Source of the DNA: a virus | Taxonomy: Duplodnaviria > Caudoviricetes | Length of the DNA: 44,176 nt | Reading direction: 5' to 3' (one strand) | IMG/VR virus record: IMGVR_UViG_3300046025_000011 | Coordinates: 1-44,176 of that record | Part shown: one piece after another, positions 8,312 to 17,581 of the stretch | How positions within the stretch are numbered: position 1 is the first letter of the stretch | Layout of the letters: each line of letters opens with the position of its first letter | Position numbers and translations under genes: made by a program | The notes under the pieces: model-generated | The model's database searches: none | Seen by the model: only the letters and a program-made list of their open reading frames with translations | What the model was told of the DNA's origin: nothing

Positions 8312-8811
8312 TGACGAACGGTTCGAATCACGAACGCTACTTTGCCCGCGTCTTCGACCACGCCGACTACGCCGTGATGAAGGGCGGCGCGTCCGGCTCC
8401 GGGAACTACCGCGGCATCGACTTCCCCGGTCCGACCGACGACCGCGCCCAGCCCGACGTCTTCGCCGCCGGCGACGGGGACCGCTTCGCGTTCGAACTGA
8501 AGTCCGGCGACCCGCCCCACTACTTTACGGCGGACGAAGTCGCGGCGCTGAAGTGGTTCGCCCGGCAGTTCGACGCCCACGCCCTGCTGGCGTCCCGCTT
8601 CCCCAGGGACGGCTATCGACTGTTCGACCCGGACGACGTCCACACGACCAGCTCCGGATCGCGACGGACGAAGCCAGGCGACGACCCGCTGACAGTCCTG
8701 GCGGACCCGCGGTCCGAAGCGGACGACCCACCGGGCCACCACTGGCGCGCGGTCAAAGAACACGGCCTGGCGAAGATGGTCCGGGACGGCCCAGGTGGTC
8801 GTGATGACTGA
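8311..8811 (+). CDS. hjc: Archaeal Holliday junction resolvase (Hjc family)
   Basis: GSNHER...GGASGS...PDVFA...AFELKS catalytic pattern. Confidence 0.8.
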   Translation: MTNGSNHERYFARVFDHADYAVMKGGASGSGNYRGIDFPGPTDDRAQPDVFAAGDGDRFAFELKSGDPPHYFTADEVAALKWFARQFDAHALLASRFPRDGYRLFDPDDVHTTSSGSRRTKPGDDPLTVLADPRSEADDPPGHHWRAVKEHGLAKMVRDGPGGRDD

Positions 8812-8974
8812 CTGTCTGTCGTGTGGCGGCGACGTCGTGGACGCCTACCGCCTGCCGGGCGGCGACGTCGTCCACGCCGCCGACGTCCCGTTCAGCGATG
8901 TACCCCAGGGCGTCGAAGCTATCCGGGTCTGTCGGTCGTGTGGGGACGAAGTCGGGGTGATGGACAGCCGATGA
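8804..8974 (+). CDS. 56-aa Zn-finger micro-protein (not in ORF track)
   Basis: MTDCLSCGG...VCRSCG...; its stop overlaps the TerL ATG. Confidence 0.7.
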   Translation: MTDCLSCGGDVVDAYRLPGGDVVHAADVPFSDVPQGVEAIRVCRSCGDEVGVMDSR

Positions 8975-10587
8975 CTGACGTCGACGATCGACGCCTGGTC
9001 ATCGACGCCGAAGCGGACAGCATCGCGGACGACGTCATCACCTACTACCAGCAGAACCCGGTGGACTGGCTGGAACAGGAAGCCGACCTGACGGTTCCGA
9101 AGAACCAGGGCGACCTGGTCCGGCTGGTCGCGGACGACGACACGAACCGCATCGTCGTGGTCAGTGGGAACGCGCTGGGAAAGACCATCGGGGCGACGAT
9201 GGCGGCAGGGTGGCATTTCAGCCTTCACTGGAACAGCCTGACGATGGCGACGTCTGGGAACTACGACATCCTCCGGGACACCTCCTGGCGGTTCCTGAAG
9301 TCGCTTCACAAGAACGCGAAGCGGGCCGCGTCCTGGCCGGGCGAACGGAAAGAGTCGCCGCCGCGGATCGAAATCCCGGACTACGAACAGTGGTTCCTTC
9401 GCTACCTGTCGCCCAGGTACGCGCGGAACCTGGAAGGGCGACACGCGCGAAAGGCGCTGGTCATCATCGAAGAAGCTGACAAGCCCGACATCACGGCGGA
9501 ACATATCGACAGCGCGGAATCGACGGCCAGCGACGCTGAAGACACGGTCCTGGTCCTGGCGAACCCGCCGGAAGACAAATCGAATTCTGTCTACGACCTG
9601 CTGGAAGACGACGCCTGGACGAACATCTACTGGGACTGGACGGACAGCCGGAACGTCCGACTGGACCTGGGCGAACTGGACGGCGACGCCCACGACCGCA
9701 TCCCTGGCGTGGTCGATCTGGCCCAGGTGAAGTCCGACTGGGAGAACTGGAACCGGCGGCCCTGGCCCGGAGCTGACGCGGCGGCTGTCGCCCATCCAGA
9801 CCTGGGCGGGGACCAGTATCGGAACCTGGACCCGCGCTGGTATCGGCGGCGGATGGGGCGGATGGCCCCGACGGGCTCCGCGACGCTTCGCCCCTTCTAC
9901 GAAGGCGACGTGGACCGCGCGGTGGGGCGCTGGGAAGACTGGATGGCCGCCGAACTGACGCGCCTGGAAGACGCCGGCGACCCAGACGTGGAACAGCATC
10001 TACGCGTCGGCGTCGGGGCCGACATGGCGCGCGACGGCGGCGACCGGATGGTCGTGGTCGATCGTCGAAGCGACGGCATCCTGAACACCTTCGCGGACCT
10101 TCAGCCGGGCGACCACAACGTCAGCGACACGGTCCTGGACGCCGCCGCGAACGCGGGCGCTATCGACGGCTGGTTCTGGATCGACGCGCTGGGCGAAGGG
10201 TCCGGGTCCGCCGACCGGGCGCGGAAGAAGTACGCCGCGGTTCGCCGGTTCCAGGCCAGCGACAAGGCCGAAGAAGAATCCGAATTCTACGACCGGCGGA
10301 CGGAAGCGATGTATCACCTGGGACTGAAGCTGAAGAACGACGAAGTCATCGTCCCGCCGAACAGCGACCTGGAAGACGAACTACGGGAGGCGGCGCGGAC
10401 CCTTCGCCTGGAAAAGCGGTCGCGGGGTTCGGACACGGTCCTGAACCTGAAGGGAAAGGACGACCTGAAGTCCAGCGCCCGGCTGGGGCGGTCGCCGGAC
10501 ATCCTGGACGCGGCGGCGCTGGCCTGCTACGAACCCCGCCCCCGGCAGAACTACACGGAACCGAACGTGGGCGGCGTGGTCGGCTGA
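8971..10587 (+). CDS. terL: Terminase large subunit
   Basis: Walker A SGNALGKT, Walker B LVIIEEAD, nuclease motifs GADMARDGGD and SPDILDA; ATG 8971 is the likely start. Confidence 0.9.
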   Translation: MTDVDDRRLVIDAEADSIADDVITYYQQNPVDWLEQEADLTVPKNQGDLVRLVADDDTNRIVVVSGNALGKTIGATMAAGWHFSLHWNSLTMATSGNYDILRDTSWRFLKSLHKNAKRAASWPGERKESPPRIEIPDYEQWFLRYLSPRYARNLEGRHARKALVIIEEADKPDITAEHIDSAESTASDAEDTVLVLANPPEDKSNSVYDLLEDDAWTNIYWDWTDSRNVRLDLGELDGDAHDRIPGVVDLAQVKSDWENWNRRPWPGADAAAVAHPDLGGDQYRNLDPRWYRRRMGRMAPTGSATLRPFYEGDVDRAVGRWEDWMAAELTRLEDAGDPDVEQHLRVGVGADMARDGGDRMVVVDRRSDGILNTFADLQPGDHNVSDTVLDAAANAGAIDGWFWIDALGEGSGSADRARKKYAAVRRFQASDKAEEESEFYDRRTEAMYHLGLKLKNDEVIVPPNSDLEDELREAARTLRLEKRSRGSDTVLNLKGKDDLKSSARLGRSPDILDAAALACYEPRPRQNYTEPNVGGVVG

Positions 10588-10591
10588 CGCC

Positions 10592-10610
10592 GGAAAAGGT
10601 TTCGAAAAGG
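10592..10610 (-). terminator. T-rich terminator between convergent genes
   Basis: The minus strand reads cccttttcgaaaccttttcc right after the stop at 10612. Confidence 0.45.
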
Positions 10611-10611
10611 G

Positions 10612-10818
10612 TTACTGGCGGTCCAGTTCGTCAGCTCCGGGCGGCCCGTCGTCCTGGTCCTGGTCCTGGAACGCGGCCATCGCCAGCAGGCCGACAGACG
10701 CGACGACGCCGCCGGCGATGGCGGCGACATCCCCGACGACGAAGAACAGGATGACCGCCCAGATGATGCCCAGGAAGAACAGCATCGCCCCGGCGCTGCC
10801 GGGCTTCAGTTCAGTCAT
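10612..10818 (-). CDS. Small membrane protein with two hydrophobic segments
   Basis: MTELKPGSAGAMLFFLGIIWAVILFFVVG...; 3' part of track ORF 10612..11415. Confidence 0.7.
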   Translation of the reverse strand: MTELKPGSAGAMLFFLGIIWAVILFFVVGDVAAIAGGVVASVGLLAMAAFQDQDQDDGPPGADELDRQ

Positions 10819-11530
10819 CGTCCTGGTCCCCCTGCCGGATGAACGGCATGACGTCGTCTTCGACCCACTGAACGAATTCGTGGGTTCCCCAGTCCGGGGA
10901 CCAGACTTCGACCCAGCCCGACTGGGCGATGTTACAGTGGACCGCCCAGCCGTCGTAGGTGTAGGTCCCTGGGGCGATGGGCGTCGTATCGGACTGCTTG
11001 TTCGCATCGACCAGGTCGCCCAGGTCTTCGTCTTCGTCCAGGCGGTCGCCCCAGGACATGAACTTGTCCGCGTTCGCCCCCAGGGCGACGCCGCCCGCGC
11101 CCTGTAGGTTGTAGTCGTCCTTCCCGGACAGGAACCCGCCCAGGGCGATTTCCGTCCGTTCGATCCGGACGCCGGGAAGCTGGCGGGCGACGACGTCGAA
11201 CACGAATTCCGCTTTCGACGTTGACACGGCGACGAAGCCAGGATGCCCGTCGCGGGCTTCCACGGCGACGAAGTCGGCCCAGGTCTGGTCCTTCTGGCGA
11301 CTGTCGCGGATGCGGATGGACCCGTCTTCGACTTCAGCGCGGTCCACTTCTTCCTGTTCTTCCCGAAGGGCGGTCCCTTCGATGAACTTCGTTTCGCCGG
11401 ACAGGTCTTCGACACGCTGGACGTCCAGCGTCGTGTGGAATTCCATCCCGTAGCGTTCGTCCACGTCGTCCTGGCTTTCGATGCGGTCGATCTGGCCGTC
11501 CACCGGGACGCCGATGATGCCGGCCTTCAT
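10811..11530 (-). CDS. Hypothetical protein
   Basis: 239-aa acidic ORF in a coupled minus-strand operon. Confidence 0.8.
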   Translation of the reverse strand: MKAGIIGVPVDGQIDRIESQDDVDERYGMEFHTTLDVQRVEDLSGETKFIEGTALREEQEEVDRAEVEDGSIRIRDSRQKDQTWADFVAVEARDGHPGFVAVSTSKAEFVFDVVARQLPGVRIERTEIALGGFLSGKDDYNLQGAGGVALGANADKFMSWGDRLDEDEDLGDLVDANKQSDTTPIAPGTYTYDGWAVHCNIAQSGWVEVWSPDWGTHEFVQWVEDDVMPFIRQGDQDDD

Positions 11531-11532
11531 CG

Positions 11533-11811
11533 TCAGGCGTCCCCCGCGTCGATCTGGACGGTCACTTCCAGGCGCGCGCCCTGGTAGGCGACGTGGTCGA
11601 TGCGGACGTGTCCCTGAACGGACCCGCCCGTGACCTGGTCGATGGCTGACCGGATGGCCTGGAACAGTTCGTCGCTGGGTTCCTGGTCGCCGGTGAACGT
11701 CCGCGTCCCCTGGCCGTGTTCCCCGAAGCCAGCAGCGGCGCGGATGCGGCGGCTGTAGTCTTCGCCGCTGGGGAAGTCGAAGACGACCTGGGGCGGGTAG
11801 GTCGCCGCCAT
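11533..11811 (-). CDS. Hypothetical protein
   Basis: MAATYPPQVVFDF...; start overlaps the PadR stop. Confidence 0.7.
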   Translation of the reverse strand: MAATYPPQVVFDFPSGEDYSRRIRAAAGFGEHGQGTRTFTGDQEPSDELFQAIRSAIDQVTGGSVQGHVRIDHVAYQGARLEVTVQIDAGDA

Positions 11812-12152
11812 CACGCGGCCCCCCGCTTGTTCAGCGTCAGTTCGCCGGCTCCGCGGTGTTCGATGACGTGTTCCTGCTTCGCCTGCTGGTCGATCCACTG
11901 CAGGCGGGCTTCGACGACGTCCAGCCCCTGGTCTGTCAGTTCGTAGCTGTTCGTCCGCTTATCGACTTCGGACTTTTCGATAAGTCCGGCGTCGGCCAGT
12001 TTGTCCAGGTTCGGGTAAAGCCGTCCGTGGTTCACTTCTTCGCCGCGGTAGTCGGACAGCGCCCGCTTCAGGCCCAGTCCGTAGTCGGAACCGCCCAGCA
12101 GGGTGAACAGGATGTCCCACTGGAACGCGGTCATGTCTTTCGGGTCAGTCAT
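11811..12152 (-). CDS. PadR-family winged-helix transcription regulator
   Basis: TAFQWDIL...GLGLKRAL...VNHGRLYPNLDKL...DKRTNSYELT, the typical haloarchaeal PadR pattern. Confidence 0.88.
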   Translation of the reverse strand: MTDPKDMTAFQWDILFTLLGGSDYGLGLKRALSDYRGEEVNHGRLYPNLDKLADAGLIEKSEVDKRTNSYELTDQGLDVVEARLQWIDQQAKQEHVIEHRGAGELTLNKRGAA

Positions 12153-12217
12153 GTTACGACGTCTTCGTGTGTCGCTGACAAGCCTATTAACTTTCGCCTA
12201 CGCCAGTGTAAGAGGGT

Positions 12218-12245
12218 CCTACCAGTCCGTCACGGTCACTTATCG
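12218..12245 (+). promoter_or_regulatory. Putative late promoter (17-bp motif plus TATA-like box)
   Basis: CCTACCAGTCCGTCACG-N5-TTAT; ATG at 12268, 28 nt from the TT. Confidence 0.7.
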
Positions 12246-12267
12246 CCCATCGGAACAGTCGCCCAGT

Positions 12268-12465
12268 ATGGCGAACCGAAAAATGAATCCGAAGCTGGTC
12301 CTGCTGATGCGTCTGGCCGGCATCCTGGGCGTCGTGGGCGCGTTCGTCGTCTTCAGCCAGTTCGACGTCGGTCCCTACGCCCTGGTCGTGGTCGTGACCG
12401 GCATCGTCGCCGTAGTCGCGCCCGAAGCCGTGGACGCGCTTCCCTTCGGCCCGCGGAAGCCCTGA
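12268..12465 (+). CDS. Small two-TM membrane protein, holin-like candidate
   Basis: MANRKMNPKLVLLMRLAGILGVVGAFVVF...YALVVVVTGIVAVVAP; behind a late-type promoter. The holin role is inference. Confidence 0.6.
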   Translation: MANRKMNPKLVLLMRLAGILGVVGAFVVFSQFDVGPYALVVVVTGIVAVVAPEAVDALPFGPRKP

Positions 12466-12477
12466 CAGTAGGGAACC

Positions 12478-12505
12478 CCTACCAGTCCGTCACGCGTCCT
12501 TAAGA
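12478..12505 (+). promoter_or_regulatory. Putative late promoter of the portal gene
   Basis: CCTACCAGTCCGTCACG-N5-TTAAG; ATG 29 nt from the TT, consistent with a leaderless mRNA. Confidence 0.75.
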
Positions 12506-12528
12506 ATCCCGGACGTCCTGATACTACC

Positions 12529-15153
12529 ATGTCCGACCAGTCCGACCAGGACCCGGACGCTGACCCTGCTGACGGCGACGCCGGAGCTGACGCGTCGGGC
12601 GTCGCTGTCGATGGCGTGACCGACGCCGACCACGTTCAGGGAAGCGTTCAGATCGACGGCCAGGAAGCGCCCGTCCACCTATCCGACGACATCGTGGAAG
12701 CAGTCGAACAGCGCGACGACGTCGATCTGGAAGACGTCGCGCGGGCCGCCGCCCCGTCGGACGGCCAGACAGACTTCAGCCTACGCGCCCAGACCGACGC
12801 CGGCGACACGCTGACCATCCCGGTCCACGACGTCCACGATCTGAACCTGACGCGGTCCGGCATCAACGGGCGGAACAGCTTCAGCCTGATAGGCGACGAC
12901 CGAATCGAAAAGCTGGAACAGAACAGCGTCACATACAGCGAACAGGTGGGCGACTGGATACTGGCCCGCGACGATCTGGTCCCCGCCATCAAAGAGCGCC
13001 TGAAGGCGCTGCTGATGGGCGAAGACGGCCTGCAGGTCGAACCGGAAAACCCCGGCAGTGACGCCGACAAGAAGCTGGCCGACCACCTGGAAGACGTCTA
13101 CAACGGCGGCGTCCGGCCCACCCAGGTCGTGGACACGATCCTGGACGAAAACATGAAGAACGCCCGCGTGGTCCTTCGCGCGACGGACCTTCAGCCCCTG
13201 GACCTGGGGACGCTGGACTACATCCGCGACGGCGTCACAGGAGAAGAAATCTACTGGCAGTCAGACACACGCGTCACGACGTTCGACATCCCGGACGACG
13301 CTGACGCGGACGACATCGAAGACATCGACCTGGACACGCGCGAAATCGACGGCCAGCCGCTGGTCATCGGGGACCACGTCTTCGACGTCAGCCTTTACGA
13401 AAAGCCGCCCCTGGAAGCGGTCGCGGACACGGTCGTAAACAAGAAGCAGATGCAACGCCTGAAGGCCCGGAAAGCCGAAATCGTGTCCTTCGGGGCCATC
13501 TACGCGAAGGTGAACCCACCGGACTACCTGCCGGAAGACGAATACTTCGACCGCGTCGAAGACGGCGACGGCGACCAGGTCACGAAGCTGGAACGCGCCC
13601 TGGAACAGAACCTGGACGCGGCGTTCGACTGGCTGAAAGACTACCAGTCCGGGACGACCGGGGCCATCCCGATGCACTGGGACCTGGAACAGCTTCAGAT
13701 GCCGGAAGGCGACGAACCCCTGGACGACCAAATCCGGGGCTACAATAAGGACATCAGCCGCCGCCTGCTGGTCCCTATCGACCTGATAGAACTACGCGAA
13801 GGGTCCGAACTGTCGCGGAAGACCCTGATGCAGACCCTACTGACGACCATCCAGGGCTGGCGGCAGGAAATCCTTCGCGTCTTTGAACAGTTCGCCCAGG
13901 TCCAGGCCGACGTTCACGACCTGAACGGGAGCGTCGAACATCAGTTCCCGCCGATGAACGACGCGAACGTGGAAGCCATCACGTCCCTGCTTCAGTACGC
14001 CGGCGTCCTGGGGGCGACCAGCGACGAACTTCGCCAGATGGTGAATCAAATCCAGGGCGTCGAACTGCCGACCGGCGACGACGTCGATGGGGACGGCGAC
14101 AGCGACCTTCCCCCGTCTGGCGGCCCCGACGACGTCGACGATCGACAGGACCAGATGTCCACCTTCCTGGACGACCAGAACCGGCGCGGGTCAGCTCCGA
14201 ACGACGACCAGCCGGGCGGTCAGGACGGCGACCAGGACGGCGCGGATCGCGACGACGACCCGGCGTCCGCGGCGGTCGCGTGTGGACTGCAGGCGGACGC
14301 GTTCACACCGCCCGAAGGGTTAGACCTGTATGAACTGGACGGCTGGGACCAGACGTCGGTCTGGCAGGCGTTCATCAGCCTGGGCGGAACCCATACGACC
14401 TGCAGTAAGCGGATGGCCGCTGAAGTTCGGAACGCGGACGCGTGGTGTGCCGCCCTGAAGGACCAGGCCCTGGGAACGGACCTTTGGCGGTCGGGCTCCG
14501 GGTCCGCGGTTCAGATCGACGCCAGCGCCCACTACGACGTCATCGAAGCCCAGGACTTCCAGATCGACTACGACGGGACGCTGTCCGACGTCGCTGACGT
14601 GGTCGCGGACGTCCTGTCGTCGAACGGCGCGGACGCTACCCGGTTGATGGAACAGGACGACTACGTCGCGTTCAACCTGGGCGATGCCGACCCGACCGAC
14701 GACGAAGCGTCCGGCGACTTCGAACCCGTCGCCATCGTCCAGGACACGGATGGCTTCCAGGTCACGGGACTGTCGAAGTCCGACGACGTCCTGGACGGCC
14801 TGGACGACGCCCTGCAGAACGCCCAGGCGTCGCTGACAGCCGCCCACGACTTCCAGGCCCCGTCCCTCCGGGAAGCCGCCCAGAAGACCCGCCGGGCGGT
14901 CGAAGACCAGCTACCCGGCGGTCAGACCGTGTCCATGAAGCGACGCGGTTCTGACCGGATGGCGGTCATCATCCACGACGGGGACGGGGACATCGCCGGA
15001 TCGCTGATGGTCCAGGAAAGCAGCGTCCGCCCGGACCAGTACCTGGTCACGGGAACGGACCGCTTCTTCCGTCATCTGTCCGACTTCCACGACCGCGACC
15101 GCCGGGCTGAAGGCGGCCTGCTGGCGTCCATCCGGTCGATGCTGGACCTGTAA
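12529..15153 (+). CDS. Putative portal protein with long C-terminal extension
   Basis: Position after TerL and before a MuF-like gene; helical core (YNKDISRRLLVPIDLI...); acidic linker then extra domains. Confidence 0.65.
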   Translation: MSDQSDQDPDADPADGDAGADASGVAVDGVTDADHVQGSVQIDGQEAPVHLSDDIVEAVEQRDDVDLEDVARAAAPSDGQTDFSLRAQTDAGDTLTIPVHDVHDLNLTRSGINGRNSFSLIGDDRIEKLEQNSVTYSEQVGDWILARDDLVPAIKERLKALLMGEDGLQVEPENPGSDADKKLADHLEDVYNGGVRPTQVVDTILDENMKNARVVLRATDLQPLDLGTLDYIRDGVTGEEIYWQSDTRVTTFDIPDDADADDIEDIDLDTREIDGQPLVIGDHVFDVSLYEKPPLEAVADTVVNKKQMQRLKARKAEIVSFGAIYAKVNPPDYLPEDEYFDRVEDGDGDQVTKLERALEQNLDAAFDWLKDYQSGTTGAIPMHWDLEQLQMPEGDEPLDDQIRGYNKDISRRLLVPIDLIELREGSELSRKTLMQTLLTTIQGWRQEILRVFEQFAQVQADVHDLNGSVEHQFPPMNDANVEAITSLLQYAGVLGATSDELRQMVNQIQGVELPTGDDVDGDGDSDLPPSGGPDDVDDRQDQMSTFLDDQNRRGSAPNDDQPGGQDGDQDGADRDDDPASAAVACGLQADAFTPPEGLDLYELDGWDQTSVWQAFISLGGTHTTCSKRMAAEVRNADAWCAALKDQALGTDLWRSGSGSAVQIDASAHYDVIEAQDFQIDYDGTLSDVADVVADVLSSNGADATRLMEQDDYVAFNLGDADPTDDEASGDFEPVAIVQDTDGFQVTGLSKSDDVLDGLDDALQNAQASLTAAHDFQAPSLREAAQKTRRAVEDQLPGGQTVSMKRRGSDRMAVIIHDGDGDIAGSLMVQESSVRPDQYLVTGTDRFFRHLSDFHDRDRRAEGGLLASIRSMLDL

Positions 15154-15176
15154 ACCGTATACCGCTATACTAAATC

Positions 15177-16241
15177 ATGACCCACGACCACGACCCAGGC
15201 CGGGCCTGCTGTTCCATCGGGAACGTTCCGCTGGAAGCCGCCGTGTCCGGCGATGATGATGACGACCGTCCCGTAGCGACGTCGGACATCACCGACCTAC
15301 GTCGGGCGCGACAGCGGGCGCGGGCGACCATCCGCGACCTGGCGGACGTCATCATCGACTTCCTGTCGATGCGTCAGCTTGAACAGACGCTGGGCGACGG
15401 TCCGCAATCTGCCCAGGACCTGAACCGGCTTATCAGCCGGACGGCGTCGGACCATATTCAGCGGGAACTGCTGGACTGGTTGGACGAACGGAAGCGCATC
15501 ACGATGGGGCGCGCGGCGCGGGCGGCGTTCGACACGATGCAGTCCGCGCTTCCCGGCGATGTCAACCGCGACGACCTGGTCGGGTCCGACGGGTTCACGA
15601 ACGCCGACGCTGGTCTACTTCGTCAGCTCCGGCAGATCGACGCTGGCCTGCTGACCGACGACGACGGCGACAGCCTGGCGTCGGAAATCGGGGACGAAGT
15701 CACACGTCAGCTACGCGTGGGTTTTCGAAAAGACGAACCTATCCGCGACCACCGGGACGACAAGACCGACCTGGCGACCCGCGTGGACATGGCCCTGAAC
15801 GGCCCGGACTACGAACAGTCGAAGAAGCAGGAAGCCGGTATCACGGGCCAGTCAAAGCGGACGAAGGGCGAACTAATCGCCCACGACAGCATTCAGGACG
15901 CCTACAACGCCCAGGCGCGGCGTCGCTACCTGCAGAATGGCTTCCGGTTCGTCGTCTACGACGCGACGCTGGACACGCGGACGACGGACCTATGCCGGCG
16001 GATGGACGGGGAAGTCATCGACATCCTGGAAAATCCGCATCTGGTCCCGCCGAACCATCCCTACTGTCGGTCCGGCATCCGTCCCGTCCTGGACCCCGAC
16101 CGGGAAGCGATCCGGGAAGCGGACATCGCTGACGGCTTCCTGCAGGACATCTGGTCCACGGAAAGCTACCGCCCAACCGTCCAGGACGACGACGCGTTCC
16201 AGCCGACAGCCATCACGCGCCGGCTGGGCCAGGCCGGGTAA
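15177..16241 (+). CDS. Minor head protein, SPP1 gp7/MuF-like
   Basis: LDTRTTDLCRRMDG...PPNHPYCRS motif. Confidence 0.85.
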   Translation: MTHDHDPGRACCSIGNVPLEAAVSGDDDDDRPVATSDITDLRRARQRARATIRDLADVIIDFLSMRQLEQTLGDGPQSAQDLNRLISRTASDHIQRELLDWLDERKRITMGRAARAAFDTMQSALPGDVNRDDLVGSDGFTNADAGLLRQLRQIDAGLLTDDDGDSLASEIGDEVTRQLRVGFRKDEPIRDHRDDKTDLATRVDMALNGPDYEQSKKQEAGITGQSKRTKGELIAHDSIQDAYNAQARRRYLQNGFRFVVYDATLDTRTTDLCRRMDGEVIDILENPHLVPPNHPYCRSGIRPVLDPDREAIREADIADGFLQDIWSTESYRPTVQDDDAFQPTAITRRLGQAG

Positions 16242-16318
16242 GATGGGATTACTGGGGTGGTAGGGGTATGTTACGGACGAAGTGAATCCTGATAAGTCAG
16301 AAGTTCGGACACACCGAC

Positions 16319-16810
16319 ATGGCCCAGGACGATAGCGGGGACGAAGACACGCGCCCGCTGCTGGAACGCGAAAAGTCGAAGGTCTGGGGGCGGCGGCCCT
16401 GGGCCGACAAGAAGGCGAAAGAAATCCTGAACGACGTGTCCTTCGGCGTCCTCCGCGACCAGCCCGACTACGTGGACGAACCGGGCGACCCGTCGCTGTC
16501 GGACCTGCTGGAACATCACTACGGACACGAAGGTACGAAGGCCCCGACGCTGGTCGATCTGCTGGGCCGCGGTCTGAACTATCAGGAAGCCGTCGTCTGG
16601 TACTTCTTCCGGTTCTGTGGAATGTCCATCATGGACATCTACTACAGTACCAACCGGACGGATACGGGCGGCGGCGTCCAGGATCGACGGAACGCGACGC
16701 GAAACATCCGTCGCGTTCTGAACAGCGCGGCGCGGAAGATGGGCAAAGACATCAGCGTTCCAGATCCGGACGACCCATCGAACGACGCCGAACCCGAACC
16801 TGACCTATGA
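16319..16810 (+). CDS. Putative HTH DNA-binding protein (sigma-region-4-like)
   Basis: LNYQEAVVWYF...GMSIMDI...IRRVLNSAARKM; own promoter-like GATAAG at 16291. Confidence 0.5.
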   Translation: MAQDDSGDEDTRPLLEREKSKVWGRRPWADKKAKEILNDVSFGVLRDQPDYVDEPGDPSLSDLLEHHYGHEGTKAPTLVDLLGRGLNYQEAVVWYFFRFCGMSIMDIYYSTNRTDTGGGVQDRRNATRNIRRVLNSAARKMGKDISVPDPDDPSNDAEPEPDL

Positions 16811-17517
16811 ACCTGAACACCGGAGTCATCACGGACGTCATCGCATCGAACCTGAACATCGCCGCGCCGGTCGCGGCCTTCCTGGTCGCCTGGCTGGTCT
16901 ACGGCATCCTGGGGAAGCGGTTCCTGGGCGCGAACGACGACTTCTGGCCGCGCATCCGCCGCTGGCTTCTACCGAAGATCGACGCGCTGGGCCAGGCTTC
17001 CGGCCTTTACGCGACCGGCCAGATGGGGACCCACGAACGCGTCGGTATCGTCCCGAAGGACATCGACGTCGTCGAACAGTATCTGGAAACGATGGGCTAC
17101 CACCGGAACCCGCTGGCGGCCTACAAGACGTCGCCCCAGGGCTGGAAGTCGAACGGGTCCTGGGCGCGACGCTACGGTTACATCCGCGGGACCGGCGATG
17201 TCCTTCGGGCGATGGGGCGGAACAGTCGTCGCCTGCCGGTCGATCCGCGCTGGCTGATGGGGACGCTGGGTCGGTTCCTGCAGGGGCTGGGCGACGTCCT
17301 GGCGCTTCGCCAGGTCCACGTCACGCTGTTCGTCCAGGACCGTGACGACGGCCAGGTGGTCCACGTCTACGGACACGACGAACCGAACAGCCTGAACCCG
17401 CTGACGGCGCTGGCTCACTACCAGGCGACCACCTGGAACGCGGCGAAGGGCGTCCGAAAGGCGCGCGACGACTTCCAGAACAACGCGGTTCCGCTTCGGA
17501 CCAGCGGCGACAGGTAG
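16807..17517 (+). CDS. Membrane-anchored hypothetical protein
   Basis: N-terminal hydrophobic helix; relatively basic for this proteome. Confidence 0.7.
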   Translation: MNLNTGVITDVIASNLNIAAPVAAFLVAWLVYGILGKRFLGANDDFWPRIRRWLLPKIDALGQASGLYATGQMGTHERVGIVPKDIDVVEQYLETMGYHRNPLAAYKTSPQGWKSNGSWARRYGYIRGTGDVLRAMGRNSRRLPVDPRWLMGTLGRFLQGLGDVLALRQVHVTLFVQDRDDGQVVHVYGHDEPNSLNPLTALAHYQATTWNAAKGVRKARDDFQNNAVPLRTSGDR

Positions 17518-17523
17518 GGGCTA

Positions 17524-17551
17524 CCTACCAGTCCGTCACGTCCCCTTAAGT
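17524..17551 (+). promoter_or_regulatory. Putative late promoter of the capsid operon
   Basis: Third identical CCTACCAGTCCGTCACG-N5-TTAAG. Confidence 0.75.
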
Positions 17552-17581
17552 ACGTCCTACGACCAGTGAGTAGCGTAGGCC

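Noticed and set aside
8971-15153. Inteins in TerL or portal
   Set aside because: No C/S...HN-C/S/T splice junctions or LAGLIDADG motifs seen; TerL has a normal length.
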